Of a DNA stretch of 17,181 nt, positions 7,207-14,270 are shown one piece after another. The translations under genes and the position numbers were made by a program. The notes beneath the pieces are model-generated. The model made no database searches and had not been told where the DNA came from. It saw only the letters and a list, made by a program, of their open reading frames with translations. Origin of the DNA: Caldisericota bacterium (GTDB lineage: Bacteria; Caldisericota; Caldisericia; JAAYUI01). The number at the start of each line of letters is the position of its first letter. Position 1 is the first letter of the stretch. Location: NCBI GenBank assembly GCA_029548865.1, contig JAKPMO010000006.1, positions 1 through 17,181 on the forward strand, in the 5' to 3' direction.

Positions 7207-9024
7207 ATGGAACCATACTCAGATAGCAAGCCCCTGACCAGATGGTGGTGGTTTTCAGGCCCCATCAACGAGAAAGACATTGATTTCCAGCTCTCGTGGC
7301 TAAAGAACAATGGCTTCGGTGGAGTGGAGATAGCATGGGTCTATCCGCTTCCGGAGAGTCCGGAAGGCCCTGCGTGGCTTTCAAGAGAACTCTCCGATAA
7401 AATCCGCCATACAAAAGAAAGGGCCAGATCATTGGGGCTCGCATGTGATTTCACCTTTGGCACCCTCTGGCCCTTTGGCGGGTCGATGGTGAGTGAGGAG
7501 GATGCCTCAAAAGATTTCTATGGCACATCGAAACAGCGGATAAGAAAATCATGGGAGGCAAGAACTTATCCTGAAACGTTTGTTCTTGACCACATGAACG
7601 AGGGCGCGTTCCTTCGCTACGCAGAAAAGATGGGCAACTTCCTGCCGCTTGATGGCAAAAAACAATGCCTGTTCTGCGACTCATTCGAGGTCGCTACCGA
7701 AGACCTCTGGGCAAAAGGTTTTGAAAATGACTTCAAGTCTGCTTTCGGATATGACATAGTCCCATTCATGGATGATCTGGATTCCAGCCCGGGGGCAAGA
7801 TACGACTACAGGAAACTCGTATCAGAAATGCTCCTGGAAAATTTTTTCAGTCCATTTGCCAGATGGTGCAGGGAACATAATTCTTTCTCAAGAGTGCAGG
7901 TCCATGGGGCACCAGTCGACATACTCGAGGGATACGCAACATGTGACGTTCCAGAGAGTGAGGCAGTCCTCTTTGATCCGCATTTCTCACAGCTTGCCGC
8001 AAGCTCTGCCGCGCTGGCTGGCAAAAAATATGTAACGGCCGAAACCTTTACCTGCCTCTACGGATGGAAGGGGTGGCCAGGCCCGGGTCAGCACCAGAGG
8101 GAAGAAAAAACCGGCGACCTGAAGCTGCTTGCAGACGCCATGCTGGCAAACGGCACCAACAAGGTCATCTGGCACGGCATGCCATACAATCCGGAGGGTG
8201 GCAAAAATTCTTTCTATGCAAGCGTCCACGTTGGCCCAGACGCAAGCTTTGCAGAAGACTTGCCAGCATTAAATGGCTATATGAAAAAAATCTCCGATTT
8301 TCTGCTCGAGGGCAAACCATATTTCCAGTGTGCCGTCATGCTTCCGGTCGAGGACGCATGGATGGAAGGCGAGCTTGAAGACAAACTGAAGAGGCCGTCT
8401 GCAAAATACCACTGGGAATTCCACTACCAGAGGATGTCGGAAGAACTCTGGGGCCATCGCCCGTGCTGGATAACAGCACCATTCTTGAAAAGAGCAGAGG
8501 TCAGGGACGGCTTTACCGTCATTGGCAACCTGGAGTTTGATTTCATCTATGTCGACTGCCAGTATATGGACTTTGAAGAGCTTGATGCACTTATCAGCCT
8601 GGCACAGAAGGGTGCGAGGATATGCCTGAAACAAATTCCGGAACAACCAGGTTTTATTGCTTCTCCTGCTTACGAAAAGGCAATAACGAAGCTGGCCTCA
8701 TTTGAAAACGTATCAGATAACATCAAAAAATCGTCCACATTACTGCCACTTTTCACCGCAACAAATAAGCTAAAGCCCGAATACTGGTGCAGAAAAACAG
8801 GTGACGGGATAAACGTTTTCATGGCAAATCCAGCGACAAGGGCAATCTCATACCCGATGCCTTATGGGTTGTCAGATGGAACCACAGAGGTCAAAATGGA
8901 GCTCGATGCAGCATTTTTGGGCCAAAAAAAGACCATTGACATTAGTTTCAAGAAGGGGGCCTCCATAATGCTCCAGCTCTCCAAGGGAGGAATTATTTGC
9001 GAAGAGACCAATTTGTTAAATTAA
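7207..9024 (+). CDS. Glycoside hydrolase family 106-like (alpha-L-rhamnosidase-like) protein, cytoplasmic
   Basis: 605 aa with GH106-type motifs KPLTRWWW, GFGGVEI, WPFGG, LFCDSFE, SRVQVHG, DVPESE, AASSAAL.GK.YVTAETFT and WHG.PY. No signal peptide. Confidence 0.8.
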   Translation: MEPYSDSKPLTRWWWFSGPINEKDIDFQLSWLKNNGFGGVEIAWVYPLPESPEGPAWLSRELSDKIRHTKERARSLGLACDFTFGTLWPFGGSMVSEEDASKDFYGTSKQRIRKSWEARTYPETFVLDHMNEGAFLRYAEKMGNFLPLDGKKQCLFCDSFEVATEDLWAKGFENDFKSAFGYDIVPFMDDLDSSPGARYDYRKLVSEMLLENFFSPFARWCREHNSFSRVQVHGAPVDILEGYATCDVPESEAVLFDPHFSQLAASSAALAGKKYVTAETFTCLYGWKGWPGPGQHQREEKTGDLKLLADAMLANGTNKVIWHGMPYNPEGGKNSFYASVHVGPDASFAEDLPALNGYMKKISDFLLEGKPYFQCAVMLPVEDAWMEGELEDKLKRPSAKYHWEFHYQRMSEELWGHRPCWITAPFLKRAEVRDGFTVIGNLEFDFIYVDCQYMDFEELDALISLAQKGARICLKQIPEQPGFIASPAYEKAITKLASFENVSDNIKKSSTLLPLFTATNKLKPEYWCRKTGDGINVFMANPATRAISYPMPYGLSDGTTEVKMELDAAFLGQKKTIDISFKKGASIMLQLSKGGIICEETNLLN

Positions 9025-9075
9025 CAATTAAATGTTAATCTAATTAATATCATTTTTTTGCAATAAGCCTAATAT

Positions 9076-9103
9076 TTGACAAACTTTCTGGGTTGTTTAT
9101 AAT
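9076..9103 (+). promoter_or_regulatory. Consensus sigma70 promoter TTGACA-N16-TATAAT
   Basis: Exact TTGACA at 9076-9081 and TATAAT at 9098-9103, preceded by an AT-rich UP-like tract. Confidence 0.8.
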
Positions 9104-9133
9104 AGGTCTTACGAAAGGAGGAATTTAGGTTAA

Positions 9134-9301
9134 ATGTCAAAAATTACGTTGATTATAGTTGGTATTTTGCTGGTGATTATGGGCCTTTCGGGGATATGGT
9201 CATGGTTCGGGCTTGGTGTTGAGCCAATGTGGCATGCAATTTTGAAAATCGCAATTGGAATAATCGCCGTTCTCATCGGTGCAATGGACAAAACAGCTTG
9301 A
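9134..9301 (+). CDS. 55-aa two-transmembrane-helix microprotein (not in the ORF track)
   Basis: MSKITLIIVGILLVIMGLSGIWSWFGLGVEPMWHAILKIAIGIIAVLIGAMDKTA*. AAAGGAGG SD at 9114-9121, consensus promoter upstream and terminator downstream. Confidence 0.85.
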   Translation: MSKITLIIVGILLVIMGLSGIWSWFGLGVEPMWHAILKIAIGIIAVLIGAMDKTA

Positions 9302-9330
9302 TCTAACAAGAAAAATCTGTTTTTAATTCT

Positions 9331-9363
9331 AAAGCCTCTGGTTTTCCCAGGGGCTTTTTATTT
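9331..9363 (+). terminator. Intrinsic terminator (possibly bidirectional)
   Basis: Stem AAAGCCTCTGG / CCAGGGGCTTT (one G-U pair), loop TTTTC, followed by a T-rich tail. Lies between convergent genes. Confidence 0.8.
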
Positions 9364-9389
9364 ATGAGATTTATAAAATAAGAAACTTC

Positions 9390-9890
9390 CTACTTTATCT
9401 CGCTATCAAATATCTTCCACTCGCCAGTAAGATCGCTGAGTGTATAAGAGCCAATGGGTGTGTCATCCTGTTTTTTGAGCTTGTCATAAACGTATAGCAT
9501 GAAACCAACTTTGACCATTCTCACATTGGCATTTTTTTTCATGATCGAGAGGGAGATGACCCTTGCGCTTTTGTAGTCCACCTCGGCCTTGGCTTTTTCA
9601 AACATCTCGACCATCTGTTCCTTGCTGACCCTTGCAGTCTGAAATGGCGAGTTCTTTTCTATCTGTGACCAGGCCTCGTCATATTTGCCAGAAAAAAGGT
9701 TTTCAAAATACGAAATCACGACCTTTGATGCAGGGTGGTTTTCTGGGCCGGCTTGTTTTATGGCCTCATCAATCTTTGATTTGTATTCTCCACCATCCAC
9801 CATGGCATTGATTTCATCCCATGTTGGTACATTGGCACCACAGCCTGCAACAACAGCAACTAGCAGCATAAAACAAATAATCTTTCTCAT
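9390..9890 (-). CDS. Lipoprotein, hypothetical (NTF2-like / DUF4878-like domain)
   Basis: Starting at ATG 9890 gives a clean lipoprotein signal MRKIICFMLLVAVVAGC. The pattern YFENLFSGKYDEAW...GEWKI is typical of NTF2-like lipoproteins. Confidence 0.7.
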   Translation of the reverse strand: MRKIICFMLLVAVVAGCGANVPTWDEINAMVDGGEYKSKIDEAIKQAGPENHPASKVVISYFENLFSGKYDEAWSQIEKNSPFQTARVSKEQMVEMFEKAKAEVDYKSARVISLSIMKKNANVRMVKVGFMLYVYDKLKKQDDTPIGSYTLSDLTGEWKIFDSEIK

Positions 9891-9898
9891 CTTTATGA

Positions 9899-9926
9899 AT
9901 TCTACCACTTATGGCCATCTTTGGAA
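9899..9926 (-). promoter_or_regulatory. Extended -10 promoter TTCCAA-N16-TAGAAT with TG (near-leaderless)
   Basis: Minus strand TG-G-TAGAAT (9907-9899) ends 8 nt before ATG 9890, with no SD. Confidence 0.5.
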
Positions 9927-9981
9927 GGGGGTGGTGTTTCCAAAACATCCAAAACTTGTATAATCCAGCAAGGAGGTTGCA

Positions 9982-10233
9982 ATGGAAAACAGAAAAATTG
10001 GGTGGTTGCCGGTTATTGTAGTTTTGATTATTGGCGTGCCATCACTCTGGATTGGCATCGACAAATCAAATGTCGCATTCATAATCTTTGGTGCTTTCGA
10101 GTTGGTTGTTGGCATTATTGGTATCTGGGCAATACTCCGGAATTCAAAAGTGCCAAGAACAATTTGTCCAAACTGCAAGGAACCAATTGGCCCAGGGATG
10201 GAATCATGCCCGAATTGCGGAATCAAACTCTAG
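9982..10233 (+). CDS. Small membrane protein with C-terminal zinc ribbon
   Basis: AAGGAGG SD and TATAAT at 9959-9964. Two hydrophobic helices followed by CPNC-x10-CPNC. Confidence 0.8.
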   Translation: MENRKIGWLPVIVVLIIGVPSLWIGIDKSNVAFIIFGAFELVVGIIGIWAILRNSKVPRTICPNCKEPIGPGMESCPNCGIKL

Positions 10234-10238
10234 GGTGA

Positions 10239-11027
10239 CTAATAGCATGTAAGCTGAACACCTATTCTGTTTGCTTTTTCTATTGCCCTGAGTTTTTGGG
10301 CTTTTCTGAAATCAGCATTGGAGAGCAATCTCATTGCGTCATCGAAATTTAGACCGAGCTTTCCGTACGAAATAGCAAGGCTTCTTAATACCCTCGGATA
10401 GGGATTCAAAAAATCCATCGAGAGGCCACAACCGATTGTTGCAGCAATCTCGATTATCCTGTCAACATTTGTAACGAGTGGTAATATCGGAGACATAAAG
10501 ATCCATGTTGACACGCCTCTCTGTTTAAACATCTTCAAGGCATCAATTCTGGCGAGTATCGGTGCAGAGTCATCCTCAAAGGCTGCCCTGAGGCGCTCGT
10601 CATGGTAGGACATCGAAAATCCGACAGTTGGTCCGTCAAATTTTGCGATAAGATCGACATCTCTGACCACAAGGGCAGATTTTGTCAGGATGTCTACTCT
10701 GCAATCGACCTTTGAAAGCAGCTCCAGGCACGCTCTTGTTACCCCGAATTTTGCCTCAAGGGGTTGATAGGCATCTGTGGCTGTCGAAAAAACCACAGAT
10801 TTGCCACCTGCCTTTTTGACCTGCTTCATCAAAACATCCGGCAGGTTTATTTTCGGATATACAAATCTTCCCCAGCGCTCCTTCTCGTCAAGAAATCGGC
10901 ACATGAAAGTTGCATAACAAAAAGAACACGCATGAGAACAACCATAATAAGGATTTATCGAGTAATCACAGCCCTGGACCTTCGACTTTACAAGTGCCGA
11001 TTTTGTAAGCCTGGCCTCTATTTTGAT
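10239..11027 (-). CDS. Radical SAM protein, spore photoproduct lyase (SplB)-like family; probable non-canonical ATC start
   Basis: The frame upstream of the track's ATG 10904 encodes IKIEARLTKSALVKSKVQGCDYSINPYYGCSHACSFCYATF, which contains the CxxxCxxC cluster motif. Downstream are STATDAYQPLE, ILTKS.LV.RD.DL and R..AL...P.LP. The start is inferred at ATC 11027 (ATA 11021 is an alternative). Confidence 0.85.
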   Translation of the reverse strand: MKIEARLTKSALVKSKVQGCDYSINPYYGCSHACSFCYATFMCRFLDEKERWGRFVYPKINLPDVLMKQVKKAGGKSVVFSTATDAYQPLEAKFGVTRACLELLSKVDCRVDILTKSALVVRDVDLIAKFDGPTVGFSMSYHDERLRAAFEDDSAPILARIDALKMFKQRGVSTWIFMSPILPLVTNVDRIIEIAATIGCGLSMDFLNPYPRVLRSLAISYGKLGLNFDDAMRLLSNADFRKAQKLRAIEKANRIGVQLTCY

Positions 11028-11572
11028 CGCTCCACCCTGTCCTTTATCTCTCTGGAGGCTTTCTCAAAATTTTCAAACTGGCGCCAGTTATAGATGCAAT
11101 AGATCATGAAAAGTAATGTTGAAACAAAGATCGCCCAGCCGGAGAAGTCACGGCTGAACCAGAGTGAGAACGCAGAAGCAACAAAGAGCATTCCGAACAC
11201 TATCGAAGCAAGACCCCAGGCAAATCTTGGAAAAGACTGCAATTCATAAGCATGGGCAGACAATATTCTGGCCGCCTTGATTGCCTGGTTCATGGTTGGG
11301 GCTCCCTCAGGAAGTTCAAAAGAATACTCCTTGTTCATTGTTGCACCGATGGCATCAAAAAAAGCATCCACGAAATCCCTTGATATCTTGGCTTCCTTTG
11401 CCTTTGGATGGTTCACAAGATATTGCTTACAGGCATTCTTATACTTTGTGGCTATTGCCTCGCAGGCAATCAGTGCCCACTGCCTGACCTTTGACACGTC
11501 AGCAGATTTTATTGCCAGCTCACCTTTATAGGCAAGGATCAGGTATTCTGTAACTTCCGGGTTTGTATTCAT
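11018..11572 (-). CDS. Hypothetical membrane protein (soluble N-terminal domain plus two C-terminal TM helices)
   Basis: 184-aa ORF with hydrophobic segments FAWGLASIVFGMLFVASAFSLW and WAIFVSTLLFMIYCIY. Overlaps the radical SAM gene start. Confidence 0.75.
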   Translation of the reverse strand: MNTNPEVTEYLILAYKGELAIKSADVSKVRQWALIACEAIATKYKNACKQYLVNHPKAKEAKISRDFVDAFFDAIGATMNKEYSFELPEGAPTMNQAIKAARILSAHAYELQSFPRFAWGLASIVFGMLFVASAFSLWFSRDFSGWAIFVSTLLFMIYCIYNWRQFENFEKASREIKDRVERSK

Positions 11573-11578
11573 GACTCA

Positions 11579-11607
11579 AGGATAAGGTTTTTTGTGGAAA
11601 GATTCAA
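11579..11607 (-). promoter_or_regulatory. Putative sigma70 promoter TTGAAT-N17-TATCCT (leaderless-type)
   Basis: The -10 ends 6 nt before ATG 11572. No strong SD is present. Confidence 0.5.
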
Positions 11608-11886
11608 ACCTGAATGGGTTACACTTTTGGTTATGTAAATATTAATCTGTGCATTATTTCGACTATAATTCGTATAGAATTAAACCAATCGATTTTGTGT
11701 CCAATTTCACTGTTAATCTGTTTCAACTTTGATAATAGAAAATGTATTTCACAAATGTGCACAAAAACATTTACAAAACATCCTCTTACATCGTGAGACC
11801 GTAAATAAAACAAATTTAATAAAACGTCTGTTTGACATTAGCAACCCCATAATTGACTTGCCCTGGTGCAAGGTTATGGTGACGAT

Positions 11887-13434
11887 GTGAAGAATCTAGA
11901 TGATCTTATAAGAGAAAAAGATGAATTGCTTGCAAAAGCAAGCAATGAAACGCCACAGGCCAGAGAATTCCAGGAGAAGAGGGGGAAATTGACGGCCAGA
12001 GACAGGGTCAAGCTGTTCCTTGACCCAGAAAGTTTTGTCGAAACAGACACTCTGGTCCAACACAGAAAGGACTATCCGCAATCAGAGAAATTCGTCCCAG
12101 GGGAGGGTGTTATAACAGGCTATGGCACAGTAAACGGCAGGCTTATTTTTGTCTTCTCCCAGGATTTTTCAATCATGGGCGGTTCCTTGTCAAAGATGCA
12201 GGGTGCAAAAATTGGCAAAGTCATGGAAATGGCCTATCGCTCCGGTGCTCCGGTAGTTGGATTCAACGATTCCGGCGGGGCAAGGGTGCAAGAGGGTGTG
12301 GATGCTCTTTCAGGATATGGAAAGGTGTTCTACAGAAATTCCATATACTCAGGCGTCATCCCGCAGATAGCCATCATTGCAGGGCCATCCGCTGGCGGTG
12401 CAGCCTACTCTCCTGCCCTCACTGATTTCATCTTCACAATTGACGGGCTTACTGAGATGTTCATAACTGGCCCCCAAGTTATCGAATCTGTAACTGGTGA
12501 AAAACCCGACAAACAAACCCTCGGTGGCGCAAGGATCCATGCCTCAAAATCTGGCGTGACACATTTTATTTACAAATCAGAACAGGAATGCATCCAGTCA
12601 GTCAGGAGGCTCCTGTCATTCCTCCCACAAAACTGCAGGCAGATGCCACCACGCATCAAGGGCAATGACGATCCGAACAGGGCTTCAATGGCACTCAGAC
12701 AGATTGTTCCAGTGGAAGCAAACAAGTCCTACGATGTTCGCAAGGTCATCGCGGAAATAGTCGATGATGGCGATTTCATGGAAGTCCAACCAGATTTTGC
12801 CAGAAACCTCACCATCGGTTTTGCAAGAGTGGACGGATTCCCGATAGGCATTGTCGCCAACCAGCCGATGTACCTCGCTGGTTGTCTGGACATTGATTCT
12901 TCCGACAAAGCTTCGAGGTTTATCAGAACATGCGATTCCTTCAATATACCGCTCCTGAATCTCGTGGATGTTCCAGGCTTCCTCCCGGGAGTCAACCAGG
13001 AACATGGCGGGATCATAAGGCACGGTGCCAAGATGCTCTATGCCTACGCTGAAGCCACAGTCCCAAAAATAACAATCATTACCAGAAGATCTTATGGCGG
13101 CGCCTATCTCGCCATGTGCTCGAAAGACATGGGGGCTGACGTCGCATTTGCCTGGCCACAAGCCAATATAGCCGTCATGGGTGCCGATGGGGCAGTCAAA
13201 ATACTCTATCATGACGAAATCAAAAACGCCCCGAATCCCGAAGAGAAGACCAAAGAGCTCGTCCAGGAATATGAAAGCTACCATTGCAATCCCTACGTGG
13301 CCGCTGAAAGGGGATACATTGACTCGGTAATCAACCCTGAAGAAACAAGGGCAAGGGTGGCTTCATCACTGCACATGCTCCAGACAAAACAGCAGAGCAT
13401 GCCGGAAAGAAAACACGGCAACATGCCGCTTTGA
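11887..13434 (+). CDS. mmdA: Acyl-CoA carboxyltransferase, methylmalonyl-CoA decarboxylase alpha subunit
   Basis: Motifs GKLTARDR..L.LD, GEGVITGYG, SQDF...GGSL, NDSGGARVQEG, GPSAGGAAYSPALTDF, DVPGFLPG..QEHGGIIRHGAK and KHGNMPL, in an operon with delta, gamma and beta subunits. Start taken as GTG 11887 (GTG 11866 is an alternative). Confidence 0.9.
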   Translation: MKNLDDLIREKDELLAKASNETPQAREFQEKRGKLTARDRVKLFLDPESFVETDTLVQHRKDYPQSEKFVPGEGVITGYGTVNGRLIFVFSQDFSIMGGSLSKMQGAKIGKVMEMAYRSGAPVVGFNDSGGARVQEGVDALSGYGKVFYRNSIYSGVIPQIAIIAGPSAGGAAYSPALTDFIFTIDGLTEMFITGPQVIESVTGEKPDKQTLGGARIHASKSGVTHFIYKSEQECIQSVRRLLSFLPQNCRQMPPRIKGNDDPNRASMALRQIVPVEANKSYDVRKVIAEIVDDGDFMEVQPDFARNLTIGFARVDGFPIGIVANQPMYLAGCLDIDSSDKASRFIRTCDSFNIPLLNLVDVPGFLPGVNQEHGGIIRHGAKMLYAYAEATVPKITIITRRSYGGAYLAMCSKDMGADVAFAWPQANIAVMGADGAVKILYHDEIKNAPNPEEKTKELVQEYESYHCNPYVAAERGYIDSVINPEETRARVASSLHMLQTKQQSMPERKHGNMPL

Positions 13435-13443
13435 GGTGACAAA

Positions 13444-13884
13444 TTGAAAAAAACATCAACTGGGCAAATAATTGCAAACATAATAACCGGGTTGATTCTG
13501 GTTGGGCTGATGGTTTTTGTTGTTGTGAGCTACATCCTCGACCCGGCAAAATATAGTGAAGGTGTCACGAAAGGGCTTGTTGCCTTTACAACCACATTCA
13601 TCATTCTCCTTGTTGTCACAGCTTCAATCTATCTCATCAAAACCATAACGGAGCGCTTTTCTGGCAACGGTTCATCGGCAAAAAGTTCCGGCCTCACATC
13701 GCAAAACAAGGGGAAATCGGACAAACTCATGGCCGCAGTGATTGCTACCGCAGTCCACCAGTTCCAGCTCGATTCAAACGGGCAGATTGCTGTAGGTTTC
13801 AGGGTAAGGGAATTGCTGGATGTCAATACCCCATGGACAACATTTTTCAAAAATGATTACCACAAATCCGGAGGATCAAGATGA
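13444..13884 (+). CDS. mmdD: Na+-translocating decarboxylase membrane anchor subunit (OadG/MmdD-like)
   Basis: GAGGTGA SD plus TTG. TM segment(s), a polar linker, the LMAAVIATAV motif and a C-terminal Trp, positioned between the alpha subunit and the biotin carrier. Confidence 0.7.
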   Translation: MKKTSTGQIIANIITGLILVGLMVFVVVSYILDPAKYSEGVTKGLVAFTTTFIILLVVTASIYLIKTITERFSGNGSSAKSSGLTSQNKGKSDKLMAAVIATAVHQFQLDSNGQIAVGFRVRELLDVNTPWTTFFKNDYHKSGGSR

Positions 13885-14270
13885 CCAGAAGATACAGAAT
13901 AACTGTTGAAGGAAAAACATTCGAGGTTGAAGTTGAATCTATTGATTCAGTGCCAACGACACAGGCAATTCCACAACCACAAGTACAAGTTACGCCGACA
14001 CCACCTCCACCACCACAGGAACCATCGGCAGGCCCTGTAATGGCAAAACCGGTTTCTGCAAAAGACGTCATCTCCCCGATCCCTGGAAAAATAAAACAGA
14101 TAGCTGTAAAACCAGGTCAGACAGTCGCTCCGGGAGACCTTCTCATGGTCATCGAGGCCATGAAAATGGACAACGAAATCCTTTGCGATGTCAACGCCAC
14201 AGTGTCAGAGCTCCTGGTCAAAGAGGGCGACTCAGTATCCATCGGCCAGCCAATAGTGAGGTATGCCTAG
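13881..14270 (+). CDS. mmdC: Biotin carboxyl carrier (decarboxylase gamma subunit)
   Basis: N-terminal YRITVEGKTFEVEVE, Pro-rich linker and biotinylation motif EAMKM. GGAGG SD and ATGA overlap. Confidence 0.92.
   Translation: MTRRYRITVEGKTFEVEVESIDSVPTTQAIPQPQVQVTPTPPPPPQEPSAGPVMAKPVSAKDVISPIPGKIKQIAVKPGQTVAPGDLLMVIEAMKMDNEILCDVNATVSELLVKEGDSVSIGQPIVRYA

Noticed and set aside
9909..10238. Alternative 105-aa ORFs on both strands
   Set aside because: They overlap the better supported 9982..10233 gene, which has a strong SD and a zinc ribbon.
11592..11609. Rex-like site TTGTGGA-AAGA-TTCAAAC
   Set aside because: Three mismatches to TTGTGAA-N4-TTCACAA, and largely explained by the minus-strand -35 element. 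Too weak to call.
11614..11813. Two 60-aa ORFs in the divergent intergenic region
   Set aside because: No SD and no protein-like features. They overlap each other in an AT-rich regulatory region.
11832..11853. TTGACA...CATAAT as a promoter
   Set aside because: The spacer is only 10 nt.
12685..13284. 199-aa minus-strand ORF
   Set aside because: Fully antisense to the highly conserved mmdA.
13965..14020. CCA-rich low-complexity repeat
   Set aside because: Encodes the ordinary Pro/Gln linker of the biotin carrier.
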